The notes: generated by a model from the letters alone, not told the origin. A stretch of 64,000 nucleotides of DNA from an uncultured bacterium (GCA_937889595.1 CALAOR010000076.1:159783-223782), one strand, 5' to 3'; shown: positions 39,129 to 50,450, counted from the stretch's first letter. Program-made: numbers and translations.

Positions 39129-39197
39129 TGGTTTGTACTTTAAAGAAGGTGAAAACATGTCAAGACTGATTGAAATAATTAAGAATACAAACAGGCG

Positions 39198-40895
39198 GTG
39201 GATATGAGAAAAAAGAAATTCACTGACGGCAAAACACATAAGGCAGCCTCGTTATCTTATGTGCGGCCGGTTTCGGATGTTTTTAATGTAAAAGAGAGTA
39301 TGCGGCTGGACAGGAAGGCGTTGCTGTTTGTTTTGGGGATTTTTATTGTACTTGCCGGAGTTTTTTATTTTGGAAAGATTCTTGACGTATTCAATTTAAT
39401 AAGAGGTTTGATCCTGTGCGTGATCATTTTTTTTATTTCTTCGGTATATTTCTCCGTCAGGGGGAAAGAGCTTAACAAAGATGATAAAATACGTTCCATA
39501 AGCGCGATAGTTGTTATAGGGTTTGGGGCGGCGGTTATTTATCATTACTTTGTCGGAGCATATCTTAACGTGGGATACCCGACAAATTCGTTTTTGTTTA
39601 TTCCCCAGGATAGATTCATGGATTTCATTAATAATAGTCAATTGCAGACACAGTACAACGGATCATATTCTTACGGCGGGAGTCCAACCAACTACCTGTT
39701 TAATTTGTTCTCTTTGTTTAATAATAAGAGTGTTGTAAATAATTACGTTATATTTGCAAGTTTTTTTACTGTATTTTTATTAATATATAACTTCTTATAT
39801 ATGAAAAAACAAAATTATTCATTCGTTTCTCATTCTGGGGATTTGTTCATTCTAACTTTTCTTTCTTATCCGTACTTATTTTGTATTGACCGTGGGAATC
39901 CGGAAATGCTTATTTTTGTATTTCTATCAATTGCAATTTATTGCCATTTAAGAGGCAGGGATATATTAGCCGCCGCATTTCTGTCTTTTGCCATATCTGC
40001 GAAAATATATTTCATCATTTTTTTACTATTGTTCCTTGTTGACAAAAAGTACAAAGAGCTTGTCTTAAGCCTGCTATTCATGGTTATTATAAAAAAATTA
40101 ATGCCTCTAATTGATAAAACGCTATATTCATCTGCAAATCCAAGCCATCTCCAGACCGATTTGGCACTGATTTCTATATTATTTATATTTGCAATCAGTC
40201 TTGTGCTGGTTAATTGGAACAAGGTGTATAATGATTTGAAAATAAATGTCATGTTATTTTTGAAGCACGTCAATTTATATGCAATAAGAAGAAAAATGTT
40301 AATAGCAACAATCACGGCGGTTTCATTGCTGGCGATAGCCGGTTTGTTTACAAAATTTGGGGATATTTACAAAAAAATCTATAATGATTTTCTGGGTCCA
40401 AACGTTCTTTATAATGCCAACTATGCGATAGGTGACGGTGGAGCGGCGCACTGCAGCAGTATTTACGGCATGGCAAAAGAGGTTTTAATTATGACAAAAT
40501 CAAAAGTGCCTGTTACAACACTTTTTAATGTATATCCTTTTATTGTAGCTGTGTTATTTGTCGGGTTACTTATATATTTGTTTTTTGTTGAAAAGGTAAT
40601 ATGGAAAAAAGTTGCAATATTAACGTTGTCACTATTTGCATTTCCTTTTGTTACTGCGGATTATCGTCTTATTCATATTTTTATCCCGATGTGGCTGTTT
40701 ATTAATAACGAAACAAAAAGTAAATTTGATCCTTTATATGCGATTATGTTTGGTTTGATGCTTATTCCAAACAAATATTTCATATTGCGGGGGGGGGTGG
40801 GGGAAGGGAGCATAACTCACGCATTGACAATAATTGTATTTATGTCTTTAATTATCTTTGATGGAATAAAAAATAAACTGAAACAGGAGTGTTAA
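39198..40895 (+). CDS. AT-rich polytopic membrane protein (Wzy- or GT-C-like; function unknown)
   Basis: 565 aa with more than 10 hydrophobic segments and acidic loop motifs (PQDRFMDF, CIDRGNPEM). Visibly more AT-rich than its neighbours. It contains a G9 tract at 40789-40797. ATG 39204 is an alternative start. Confidence 0.5.
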   Translation: MDMRKKKFTDGKTHKAASLSYVRPVSDVFNVKESMRLDRKALLFVLGIFIVLAGVFYFGKILDVFNLIRGLILCVIIFFISSVYFSVRGKELNKDDKIRSISAIVVIGFGAAVIYHYFVGAYLNVGYPTNSFLFIPQDRFMDFINNSQLQTQYNGSYSYGGSPTNYLFNLFSLFNNKSVVNNYVIFASFFTVFLLIYNFLYMKKQNYSFVSHSGDLFILTFLSYPYLFCIDRGNPEMLIFVFLSIAIYCHLRGRDILAAAFLSFAISAKIYFIIFLLLFLVDKKYKELVLSLLFMVIIKKLMPLIDKTLYSSANPSHLQTDLALISILFIFAISLVLVNWNKVYNDLKINVMLFLKHVNLYAIRRKMLIATITAVSLLAIAGLFTKFGDIYKKIYNDFLGPNVLYNANYAIGDGGAAHCSSIYGMAKEVLIMTKSKVPVTTLFNVYPFIVAVLFVGLLIYLFFVEKVIWKKVAILTLSLFAFPFVTADYRLIHIFIPMWLFINNETKSKFDPLYAIMFGLMLIPNKYFILRGGVGEGSITHALTIIVFMSLIIFDGIKNKLKQEC

Positions 40896-40978
40896 TATGG
40901 TTTTTTGCGTGTTTTATAAAAAGTTGAGTTTTATAACAAAATACTAAAAAATCCAAATAACAAAAAGGGCAAATTTAT

Positions 40979-41896
40979 ATGCAAAGCATAATACTGACAG
41001 GCGCGACAGGAATGCTGGGTACGGCGGTTATTGCAGAATGCATAAAGAATGGGATATCTGTTACGGCTGTGGCAAGGCCGTCATCCTACAGGCTTGGCAG
41101 GATCCCGAAATCCGGCAGTGTCACAGTTATTGAGTGCGGGCTTGACAATATGCATAAACTGCCTGCGCTTGTCACGGGAAAACATGACGCTTTTTACCAT
41201 TTGGGGTGGCTTGGCACCTCGAAAAGTGAAAGAAATGATCCGGCTATCCAGGAGTTAAACGTAAAATACACTCTGGACGCGGTGAATGTTGCGGACGAAT
41301 TGGGCTGCGGTTTGTTTTTGGGGGCGGGCTCACAGGCTGAATATGGCAGGTATGACGTCCCCATAAAGGAAGATTTTGAAACAAAGCCTGATACTGCTTA
41401 TGGAAGGGCGAAACTTTCGGCCTGCAAGAGTTCCGCGGAATTATGCGGCAGATTGAAGATAAAGCATGTGTGGACGCGTATTTTCAGCGTCTATGGCCCG
41501 AATGATTCACCTTCAACAATGGTGATGTACTTCATAGGCAGGCTACTTGATAACCAGCGGGCATCGCTGTCTAAATGCACACAGATATGGGATTATATGT
41601 ATTGTTCTGACGCGGCACGGGCCCTCCTGCTGGCCGGGGAAAAGGGCGGGGGCGGGCGGATATATAATGTTGGAAACGGTATTGGACGCCCCCTGATAGA
41701 GTATGTTAATATATTAAGGGACGCGATTGACCCCGCTGCCGTATTGGGCATAGGGGAGCTTAAACAGGTCGGAAAGCTCATGAACCTTTGCGCTGATATC
41801 ACAAAGATAAAAAAAGACACGAGTTTTAAGCCTATGGTCCCGTTTGAGCGCGGTATAGAAGAGACCATTAAATGGTACAGGGAGAATATAAAATGA
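40979..41896 (+). CDS. NAD(P)-dependent epimerase/reductase of the extended SDR family (RfbS/RfbJ-like 4-reductase candidate)
   Basis: ILTGATGMLGTAV cofactor motif and YGRAK (YxxxK). ~305 aa, the size and class of CDP-dideoxyhexose 4-ketoreductases. Confidence 0.75.
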   Translation: MQSIILTGATGMLGTAVIAECIKNGISVTAVARPSSYRLGRIPKSGSVTVIECGLDNMHKLPALVTGKHDAFYHLGWLGTSKSERNDPAIQELNVKYTLDAVNVADELGCGLFLGAGSQAEYGRYDVPIKEDFETKPDTAYGRAKLSACKSSAELCGRLKIKHVWTRIFSVYGPNDSPSTMVMYFIGRLLDNQRASLSKCTQIWDYMYCSDAARALLLAGEKGGGGRIYNVGNGIGRPLIEYVNILRDAIDPAAVLGIGELKQVGKLMNLCADITKIKKDTSFKPMVPFERGIEETIKWYRENIK

Positions 41897-42825
41897 AAAA
41901 AATTTCTATAATGATACCGACTTACAACGAACAGGATAATGTAAAACCGCTGTGCGCCGAGGTGCAGAAGATATTTTCGGAAAAACTGCGTAATTATGAT
42001 TATGAGATCCTTTTTATCGACAATTATTCCATGGATAAAACACGGGAATATATAGCTCAGCTTTGCGCGGAAAATAAAAAAGTAAAAGCGATCTTTAATG
42101 CCAGGAATTTCGGGCAGGTCAGGTCGCCTTTTTACGGGATACTTCAGGCGACAGGGGACTGCGTCATAGCGATATGCGCCGATTTTCAGGACCCGCCTGA
42201 ACTTATTGAAACATTTGTCAGGGAATGGGAAAACGGCTATAAGATAGTGACCGGGAAAAAGTATAAAAGCAGGGAAAATCCTGTGATGTATTTCCTGCGT
42301 TCGCTTTATTACAAATTCATAAAGCGGGTTGCGGAAACAGAGCAGATAGAGCAATTTACGGGTTTCGGGCTTTATGACAGGGCGTTTATCGAAGTACTAA
42401 AGAAACTTGACGACCCCATGCCTTATATGCGCGGGATCGTGGCTGAGCTCGGGTACGCACGCAAAGAAATAGAATACACACAGAACAAGCGGCGTTCCGG
42501 TAAAACAAAGAACAACTGGTATACGCTCTATGACATGGGCATGCTCGGCATAACTTCGTATTCCAAGATGGTCATGAGGACAGCCACTATCATGGGTTTT
42601 TTTATCGCGGGAATGTCCTTTGCCGTCGCCATGTATTACCTCGTCATGAAGCTTGTATACTGGCAAAGGTTCCCGCTTGGTACCGCTCCGGTCATCATAT
42701 CAATATTTTTCCTGGGGTCGGTACAGCTTTTTTTTATAGGGTTCCTGGGGGAGTATATACTTAATATAAACACCAGGGTCATGAAAAGGCCGCTGGTGGT
42801 TGAGGAGAAAAGGATAAATTTCTGA
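41893..42825 (+). CDS. GtrB/ArnC-like family 2 glycosyltransferase (polyprenyl-phosphate sugar synthase) with two C-terminal TM helices
   Basis: ATGA overlap with the preceding gene. ISIMIPTYNE, LFIDNYSMDKT, ICADFQDPPE. The C-terminal helices are IMGFFIAGMSFAVAMYYLV and VIISIFFLGSVQLFFIGFLGEY. Confidence 0.8.
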   Translation: MKKISIMIPTYNEQDNVKPLCAEVQKIFSEKLRNYDYEILFIDNYSMDKTREYIAQLCAENKKVKAIFNARNFGQVRSPFYGILQATGDCVIAICADFQDPPELIETFVREWENGYKIVTGKKYKSRENPVMYFLRSLYYKFIKRVAETEQIEQFTGFGLYDRAFIEVLKKLDDPMPYMRGIVAELGYARKEIEYTQNKRRSGKTKNNWYTLYDMGMLGITSYSKMVMRTATIMGFFIAGMSFAVAMYYLVMKLVYWQRFPLGTAPVIISIFFLGSVQLFFIGFLGEYILNINTRVMKRPLVVEEKRINF

Positions 42826-43063
42826 TCCAAAAGAAATTCTCCGTTGCTTTTTCCCGCAGCCTGCAAGGCAAGGGATTTGCCGGGCATTGCCAAAATTCAG
42901 CTGTAAAAAATTGTCAATATTTTGTTTGCTTTTATAAGGGTAATATAGTAAAATTTATTTGTTGGCTTGAAGATACAAGATCCGGCAATGGACGGCGCGC
43001 TTTTAAGTTGGCCATTGCTGAAATTACCCAAAACGGGCGCGGGCCGTCAAGGAGACCTGTAAT

Positions 43064-46000
43064 TTGACATTATTAATCTTATTTACGTATTTTGTGTTTA
43101 TACTTGGAATGATGTTAAGCAAGGGCTGGTTGTTGGTTTGTTTGTCCGCGTGTTCAATCCTTCTTGTAAATATCGTCCGCAACAATAAAAAAATACTGGC
43201 TAACGTTGTGCCGTTATCTATCACGTTGATCATGCCGGTTTTAATAGGCTTATCCTGCTTTTTGTTCAATAAATCCCTTTATTATCCGGCCTTTTTTATA
43301 TTCCTGCCGGCAATGATCCTTTTTGCCGCCTATTTCTATTTGCGCAGGGTGCCGGCCGAGAAATTTATAAATATAGGAATCGTTTACAATGAACAAAGCA
43401 CGTCAACAATGGCTTTGAAAATAGGCTCCGCGGTTGCCGCCGGCGTAGCGGGATATTTTATGCTTGACCGGAAGATGTATATATTCTCTTATTTGTTATA
43501 TGCGGTATCTTTTATACTGATGGTAAGGATGTTTAAGATCAAGGGCCATACGCCCCTGGGTGAAGTTGAGCAGGCTGCTGTTGGCAGATCCGGCTCCGTC
43601 GGCATCACACAGGACGCAGGCGTTTTTTTTGCCGCGTTCATAACGGTCATACTCGCGTTTAAAGCTTATTCTTATGTGATGGCTTTTGACGTTAAAAATT
43701 TCCTTATATGCCTGGCGCTCGCGGCTGTATTCGCGGCATTCGCGGCTGACAGCTTTAAGGCCGCTGGTTTGGCCGCAAAAACTGAAAATGATAAACTGGT
43801 CAAGTTTGACTATGTTTTTCTGGCTGTGGTGTTTATTTATGCCCTGGTTATACGGTCCATAGACTGCCTCGGATTGCCGCCCGGACTGCAGTCCGATGAC
43901 ATAAACGGTTTGATAGGCGTTGGTTCGGTTAATTCCGGCAGAAGCACGCTTTATTTTACGGATTTACACATCAGCATACTCCCTTTATGGATGTCATCAG
44001 TCATTGGAAAGTTATTCGGCCTCATGCCGATTTACGCCGTTAAAGCCCCCCATATAATACTTGGCGCTTTGAATATACCCTTTATATACCTGCTTGCAAA
44101 AGAGCTGTACAACAGGCGGGTGGCTGTCGTTTCTTCTCTGATACTTTCAGTGTTTTTTATGCATGTGTTTTTCAGCAGGGCCATTCCGACCTGGATAGAG
44201 GTTCCGGCGTTCGGTACTGCCGCGTTTTATTTTTTCATAGTGGCATTGAAAAGGGGGAAACCGCTGCCCGCGGTGCTGGGCGGCATAATGCTGAGTTTAT
44301 CAATGTATTCCTACGACGCAGGCAAATTGGTGCCGATCGTGATATTATTTTATTTTGCAGCGATTATACTCTCGGATAATTCATACAGAAAATTCCTTAA
44401 TAACAGGACTTACCCGCTTTTATTGTTCGCGTCCGCGTCCTTTTTGGCATTTTATCCTATTTTGATTTACATACTGACCAAAGGATCCGAGTATTTCGCT
44501 TTGTTAAACCGCGTCAGTGTATTTCACTACCTTTCCGCGCAAACACCGGCTTTTGCCACGCTTGCCGGCCGCGCTGCTATATATGTCTGTTATCTTTTTA
44601 AAGGAAACGTATTCTCCGCGTCCATGCCCTCGGCAAATATCCTGGATCCGGTGGGCTCGGCTATGATGCTCGCGGGTTTTTGTGTGATCTTTTCAGGGTT
44701 AAGGCGCGGCAACAACATTTTTATGCTTGCCTGGCTTTTTGCGGGGTCATTAGGCGCGTTTTTTTCCTCGAGCGTCGATGGCTTTGAACCACCGAGGATA
44801 GTTTTAATTTATCCGGCGTTTGCCATACTGATGGCGCTGGGGCTCGACTACTTTGCGGCCTCGATAGACCTTGTCCTGAAAAAACAGGGAAAGATAATCA
44901 GCGCGGCAGTGGTATTAACGGCCCTGGTTTTTATAACTTTTTTCGGGCTTCATACATATTTTGTGCAATATAAAAATGACCCGGTTGTAAAAATGATCTT
45001 CAATGAATACGCCCTTGAAATCAAGAACTTTGTTTCATCCCACAAAAAGGACGATGTGATCGTGTCTGATTTTTATAATTCAAACAGGGGGGTAACGTTC
45101 GCTTACCTTATGTACGGCGAAAAAATGAATTTCAGGAACATGGATGTATCCCTGCTTGAATTGAATAAGATCTATAATAACAGGGGCCAGGGCGTAATTA
45201 TAATCGCCGAAGGCATGTACGCGGAGTATATGGATATTTTCAGGAAGTTTTTCCCCAACGCGGTGATCAAAACCCACTGGAATTATGACTGGTGGTTATT
45301 CGGTCCCGGCGAAAAGTACATGAACTTATATGGATGGAAAAACCCGGTTTTTACCCTGAATAAAGCCAGGACATTTCTGCACGACGTGTGCATAGACCCT
45401 GTGCGGCCCCAGGTTAATTTTGTAAGCTGTGAAATCCCGTATGGGGATATAAAGGACCTTTACGGTTTGAAAACAGTATATAGCAATAAAGGCCGCATAA
45501 TAAGGGAAATAATTACAACGGACATGACGATAATCAAGGACGCGTCGTTTGATTCAGCGGATTTTTCCGGCGGGATTTACGCGCCGGAAACGGGCTGGTA
45601 CGTTTTAACAGCGCAGGGCGCGGTAATGTCCGGACTGTCCGTCGGTGACGCGGATACGAAGAAAAACGACTGTGTTTACTTAAAACGCGGGCTAAACAGC
45701 ATTGGGTTTAAGCTGGATAATTTTCACGGCGCTGATGCGACGGTGTTCTGGGTGGCGCAGGGAGGCAGCGGGTTTGAAAAGCTGCCGGCTGGGAATGTTA
45801 TTGACATAACTCCGGAACCGGCCTTGAACAGTTATATTGAAAAGAACGGCAAAAAACTTTATGAATCCCTCGATTACGGCGTAAATAACAGGATATATTT
45901 TGCGGGGGCCAGGCTACCTGTCGCAGTTACCGCGGGTTTTGGCCATGATAAGTTTGACCGCATTTGGGACGGGTATATAACGATAGATAAAACGGGCTAT

Positions 46001-46249
46001 TATGAGATTATGGCCCAGACGCCCAATGATTGCACGGTAAAAGTCGATGAGTCCGCGGTTTTCAGCAAAAAGTCCGGCATTGAAAGATCCAATGAACGCT
46101 GGCTGTCAAAAGGGAAACATAAAATAAAAGTCAGGCAGGTTTATGAATACCTGCCGAACGTGGACTCGTATCATATATGGCTTTTGAAAAAGAAACGGGG
46201 AGATAACCTGCCGTCGGTTGTGCTTTACAGCCAACTTTCGGGAAAATAA
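43064..46249 (+). CDS. GT-C fold glycosyltransferase (PMT_2/ArnT-like) with N-terminal TM extension and two C-terminal PA14-like modules, paralog 1
   Basis: AAGGAG RBS with TTG start. First-loop acidic motif GLQSDD. Core YLLAKELYNRRVAVVSSLILSVFFMHVFFSRA. PA14-like FSGGIYAPETGWYVLTAQG and FDRIWDGYITIDKTGYYEIMAQTPNDCTVKVDESAVF. Confidence 0.7.
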   Translation: MTLLILFTYFVFILGMMLSKGWLLVCLSACSILLVNIVRNNKKILANVVPLSITLIMPVLIGLSCFLFNKSLYYPAFFIFLPAMILFAAYFYLRRVPAEKFINIGIVYNEQSTSTMALKIGSAVAAGVAGYFMLDRKMYIFSYLLYAVSFILMVRMFKIKGHTPLGEVEQAAVGRSGSVGITQDAGVFFAAFITVILAFKAYSYVMAFDVKNFLICLALAAVFAAFAADSFKAAGLAAKTENDKLVKFDYVFLAVVFIYALVIRSIDCLGLPPGLQSDDINGLIGVGSVNSGRSTLYFTDLHISILPLWMSSVIGKLFGLMPIYAVKAPHIILGALNIPFIYLLAKELYNRRVAVVSSLILSVFFMHVFFSRAIPTWIEVPAFGTAAFYFFIVALKRGKPLPAVLGGIMLSLSMYSYDAGKLVPIVILFYFAAIILSDNSYRKFLNNRTYPLLLFASASFLAFYPILIYILTKGSEYFALLNRVSVFHYLSAQTPAFATLAGRAAIYVCYLFKGNVFSASMPSANILDPVGSAMMLAGFCVIFSGLRRGNNIFMLAWLFAGSLGAFFSSSVDGFEPPRIVLIYPAFAILMALGLDYFAASIDLVLKKQGKIISAAVVLTALVFITFFGLHTYFVQYKNDPVVKMIFNEYALEIKNFVSSHKKDDVIVSDFYNSNRGVTFAYLMYGEKMNFRNMDVSLLELNKIYNNRGQGVIIIAEGMYAEYMDIFRKFFPNAVIKTHWNYDWWLFGPGEKYMNLYGWKNPVFTLNKARTFLHDVCIDPVRPQVNFVSCEIPYGDIKDLYGLKTVYSNKGRIIREIITTDMTIIKDASFDSADFSGGIYAPETGWYVLTAQGAVMSGLSVGDADTKKNDCVYLKRGLNSIGFKLDNFHGADATVFWVAQGGSGFEKLPAGNVIDITPEPALNSYIEKNGKKLYESLDYGVNNRIYFAGARLPVAVTAGFGHDKFDRIWDGYITIDKTGYYEIMAQTPNDCTVKVDESAVFSKKSGIERSNERWLSKGKHKIKVRQVYEYLPNVDSYHIWLLKKKRGDNLPSVVLYSQLSGK

Positions 46250-46871
46250 CCGGATACAGCCGGACAACTGCCCCGCATCGGAAGCGAAGAAAAACACCGT
46301 TGTTTTTGGAGGGTTTTCCGGCAGTATCAATTGTTTGTTTTACACCGGCTGATAATAAAATGAAATCCACAAATCCAAAAATTCCGTATTTAAAAATTAA
46401 AGGCCTCGCTAGCCTAAAACCCCGCGCGTCTTTGTTATTGATTATTACCACCGCCTTTGATATTATTATGATTTGGAAGTGTTTATGCTAAATCTTAAGT
46501 TCCTGGGGTTCTAAAATGACTGCTGTTGAAATAGCAAATAACAGGATAATAATATAGAAAATATGTTAGTATATAAAAAATTAATTTGCTATTAAAGATA
46601 TATCTTACTATATTATTTTTAATCCGGATCTCTTAAAAGGCGCGGAATGGAAGCGTATTTAATTAACTCTTGCAAGCCGCCGGAATAGAAAACATTTGAC
46701 GGAGTTCAACCGGCAGTTATGTCTTAAAATATGCTTGAGAGAGTGCGTACTGATTATGTTGGAAAGGGTCAAGGTGAAGACTTATTCTATGAGTTTTCAA
46801 TTGGTGATGAAGTTGAAACGATCACAGTATTATCATATAGGGACAGCTGAAAAACATGAGGGGTGTTTGTG

Positions 46872-49800
46872 ATGTTAAATAGAAAAGTACTCGCAATGGG
46901 TCTTGGGATCTTATGTTTTATATTTTTATTGTTTTTTTTAAAAAGCCATCCTTTCGATTTAACCGATATGTTTGTCGCTGCGAAAGCGGTTATTTTGTTT
47001 ACCGCTTCCTGGGTTTTCATAAAATATGGGACTGAGACCATGCAACACCCCGGAAAAGCTGAAAAAAAAGGAGTTTGGGAAATATTGTTGGAAGTCGCTG
47101 CGATAATCGGCCTGTTTGTTGCCGGAATCGTTCTAATAAATCATGGTTTTAAACTTTTTCACGGGTATGCTATAGAAAAGGCAATTTTGTTTTTTGCCGC
47201 CGGTTTAATTGTTTTCTTTGCGGCGTTCTATATTGCTGATCGCGTCGGGCGGCAACTGATACTTGCGAAACCCGTGTTTAAACCGCATAAACTTAAGTTT
47301 GTGGCCATTAAAATTATCATAGCTTTTATCTTGAGTTGTCTTGGGATCTTCTTCATGAAAACAAGCCACTCTTATCTGGCTCTCACATCTTTTGTTTTTG
47401 TGATTTTACAGCTTCTTCTTGTGTTTCAAAATCATATACCGTCGTTTTCCGTGGAAACAGTCATTGTCAGTCCTGTTAAACCAGGTGTTCCGGCTAAAAT
47501 GTTATCGATTGCGATGATCGTATCATCTATTTACTTTTATTATCTTACATATACTTCCATGCACTTGTACGATATTCAGGCGGCTATCCTGTGCTTATTT
47601 TGCGGCTCTCTTCTTTTTGGGTTGGCGCCGCACGGCGAAGAGTACCGCAAACCTGCCGGGCCGGATTCCACGACAAATAACGCGGATATATATTATGCTG
47701 TATTTGTTTTCATATTGGGACTTATTGTTTTTGGCTGGAAACTTATGGATATACCGCCAGGTTTGCACGGCGATGAAACCATTAATATTTTGATGGCAAA
47801 AAGGCTGAAATCCGGCGATATCCTGCCGTTGGTGCTTGAGGATTCGGCGTTTAATGGGTTGACACTTCTGCATACCTGGCTTCTTTCCCAGATAGGCAGG
47901 GTTTTCGGTATAACAATGGTTATGGCAAGGTGGGTTTCTGTTGCTGTCGGCGCGGCAGGGGTTTCTTTTGCTTATCTGTTGGCGAAAGAAATATTCAACA
48001 GACGTGTTGGTATCATCGTTTCGCTGTTGATGTCTACTTTTTTCATGATGGTGCTATACAGCAGGATGGCTCATTCGTGGATTTTTGTACCGTCGTTTGC
48101 GGTAGTGACGTATTTTTTCTTTTTTAAAGGTTTAAAAACCGGCAAAGCGGCTTTTTTTGTGGCGGCGGGAGTATTTTTAAGTTTGTCGATGACTGTTTAT
48201 AGCGCTGGAAAACCAACTTCTGTGGTCTTGTTCTTTTGGATGATACTCATGCTGGTAAGGAAGGAAACACGCATGCAGATACTGGCGAACTGGAAAAATA
48301 TAGCCTTGATGCTGATTGCCGCTCTATTGATGTTTCTGCCGGTAATTAATTATATTATACATAATCCGCATAAATATTTTCAACGTATGGGCGATGTCAC
48401 GCTGCTTCACGGTTTTCCTTCCAACTATCAGGAATTCAAGGCAATTGCGGATAACATATTGCGAAATATCCAGATGTTTATTACGGTATCGGCTGACGGG
48501 TATTGTCATAATATTCCAGGTAAGCCATTTTTTGATGAGTTTGTGTCTGTTGTTGCGATTGTGGGAGTGGGTTATTTATTATTCACATGGAAAAGAGAAT
48601 CCAGTTCATTTTTGATCTTGTGGATTTTTTTTGGATTGTTGCCGGGCTTTCTTTCGAAATTGGGTCCTGAAGACCCGTATCCCGCCAGAACGGTTTTGGC
48701 CATACCTGCTTTGATGATTCTTATTTCACTTGGGTTGGACAGGCTTGCGGCAAAGATCGAAAGTTTTTGGCCAAAATATCTGAAGATAGTTTCTGCGTTG
48801 ACTGTTTCATATTTTGTTGTGTGGTTTTCGTTCGCGAATTTAAGGGACTATTTTGTGGTTTTTACGAATGATCCCCACACAAAAGGTTATTACAGATCTA
48901 TTGATAAGCTGAACGCTGATTACATGACTGATAATAAGGATAAACAAATATTCATTTCACCTTATTTAAGCTGGAATTTCTATTACGGCATGTCAAAACT
49001 GTTGTCTACGCCGGAAATGGAAAAGTTTATTTCGGTAAATGATGTTTCGCTTTTTGAAGTGTATAAAGTCTATGACAAAACAGGAAGGGATACCACGCTT
49101 TTAGGCGAAGGCATATATTATAAAATGTTTCCCATCTATAGGGAATATTTTCCTAATGCCAGAATTACCACCGTCTGGGATGATTTGTTTTGGCAATTTG
49201 ATCATAATTCTAATATGAAATATTGTTATGAATGGGTAAATCCCGATAAGACGATAAATTTGAACCGTGGGTATTCATGGTTTTATTTGTATGATAATGA
49301 CGTGAAATTCGTGAAAATTGCCAGGGTTGAGATTCCGTCAGCCGATCAAAAAATGGAATTTTCTCTGGCGGGTGTTTTTAAGTCGCATGGAAAAACTGTA
49401 GAAAAAAGTTCTGTGTATTTTCCTTTAGATTGCAGCGGTCAGGATTTTGACGATTTAAGCTTGAGCGGGTTGTTGGATGTGCCTGAATACGGAAGGTATG
49501 AGTTTCAAATTGATGGGGCTCGCGGCGCAATTTATATTGACGGTAAACCTGCGGAAGGGACCAGAGAGTTATATAAAGGAATACACAGAATAAAGTTTGT
49601 TTTTAAAGAAAAAACGAACAAGTTCATATCTGTTAAATGGAAAATGTCTGGTTCGGAGGTTTTTTCTGATCTTGATCGCCGGTATCTGATTAATTCTGAC
49701 AAGGTGTTTGGTTTGTTGGCGGATTATAAGCTTGGTGGCAGGACTTTTTACAGGCAGCTTGAACCGGTCGTTGACTATAGGCTTTATTATTATAAACACA

Positions 49801-50153
49801 GACCGGCGGCCGCGTATATCCCGGCGGATGTTACGGATAAAAACGCATATGACTTGGAGTGGAACGGGCAAATAAAATTAAGTTCAAGAGACACTTACAG
49901 TTTCAGGCTTCACACATTGTATGATGCTGTAATTATGATTGATAACAAGGTGGTATTTAAAAAAATAAAAGATGTGGAAAAGGTAATCCCGACAGTGTTT
50001 GACCAGGGAATTAAAAAGATCAGGATAATTTCACACTATAGATATATCTCAAATTACTGGGATCCGGGTTCAACAATAAGGTTTATGTACAAAAAAGGTG
50101 ATAAAAATGAATTTGGGCCCGTTACATATGACATGCTCTCGCCCGGAATTTAA
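46872..50153 (+). CDS. GT-C fold glycosyltransferase with PA14-like C-terminal modules, paralog 2
   Basis: ATG 46872 follows GAGGGG (the ORF track starts at GTG 46863). GLHGDETINIL loop. YLLAKEIFNRRVGIIVSLLMSTFFMMVLYSRM. PA14-like LLDVPEYGRYEFQIDGARGAIYIDG and YDLEWNGQIKLSSRDTYSFRLHTLYDAVIMIDNKVVF. Confidence 0.7.
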   Translation: MLNRKVLAMGLGILCFIFLLFFLKSHPFDLTDMFVAAKAVILFTASWVFIKYGTETMQHPGKAEKKGVWEILLEVAAIIGLFVAGIVLINHGFKLFHGYAIEKAILFFAAGLIVFFAAFYIADRVGRQLILAKPVFKPHKLKFVAIKIIIAFILSCLGIFFMKTSHSYLALTSFVFVILQLLLVFQNHIPSFSVETVIVSPVKPGVPAKMLSIAMIVSSIYFYYLTYTSMHLYDIQAAILCLFCGSLLFGLAPHGEEYRKPAGPDSTTNNADIYYAVFVFILGLIVFGWKLMDIPPGLHGDETINILMAKRLKSGDILPLVLEDSAFNGLTLLHTWLLSQIGRVFGITMVMARWVSVAVGAAGVSFAYLLAKEIFNRRVGIIVSLLMSTFFMMVLYSRMAHSWIFVPSFAVVTYFFFFKGLKTGKAAFFVAAGVFLSLSMTVYSAGKPTSVVLFFWMILMLVRKETRMQILANWKNIALMLIAALLMFLPVINYIIHNPHKYFQRMGDVTLLHGFPSNYQEFKAIADNILRNIQMFITVSADGYCHNIPGKPFFDEFVSVVAIVGVGYLLFTWKRESSSFLILWIFFGLLPGFLSKLGPEDPYPARTVLAIPALMILISLGLDRLAAKIESFWPKYLKIVSALTVSYFVVWFSFANLRDYFVVFTNDPHTKGYYRSIDKLNADYMTDNKDKQIFISPYLSWNFYYGMSKLLSTPEMEKFISVNDVSLFEVYKVYDKTGRDTTLLGEGIYYKMFPIYREYFPNARITTVWDDLFWQFDHNSNMKYCYEWVNPDKTINLNRGYSWFYLYDNDVKFVKIARVEIPSADQKMEFSLAGVFKSHGKTVEKSSVYFPLDCSGQDFDDLSLSGLLDVPEYGRYEFQIDGARGAIYIDGKPAEGTRELYKGIHRIKFVFKEKTNKFISVKWKMSGSEVFSDLDRRYLINSDKVFGLLADYKLGGRTFYRQLEPVVDYRLYYYKHRPAAAYIPADVTDKNAYDLEWNGQIKLSSRDTYSFRLHTLYDAVIMIDNKVVFKKIKDVEKVIPTVFDQGIKKIRIISHYRYISNYWDPGSTIRFMYKKGDKNEFGPVTYDMLSPGI

Positions 50154-50450
50154 AATATATATTCAGGTTTTTCATTGGCTGTTAAGGCGGTGTAGCGGGA
50201 ATAAATTTGTCTTAAAACATGCCGGTAAATAAAGGTGCGGTGCGGCCATTTAGCCAGCATTAAGGCCTAGTTTCGCCATAAGCATATGATTTGATGAGTC
50301 AATTTTGGATCATCAAGTGGTTTAATTAGCCTTAAAAAGTATCTTGAAATAACCCCATAAATCATTTATAATATTGTATAAAATTTTTATAAAAAAAAGG
50401 AGCTTAATATTTCAAATATTCCGGTTTTATCTAACGAAATACAAGGATGG

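Noticed and set aside
46300-46491. A 63-aa ORF in the 600-bp AT-rich spacer between GT-C paralogs 1 and 2. A 10-bp inverted repeat, AATAGCAAAT...ATTTGCTATT, also lies at ~46538-46593.
   Set aside because: The ORF has no RBS and an implausible composition. The inverted repeat is short for such AT-rich DNA and could arise by chance. It is noted only as a possible regulatory site.
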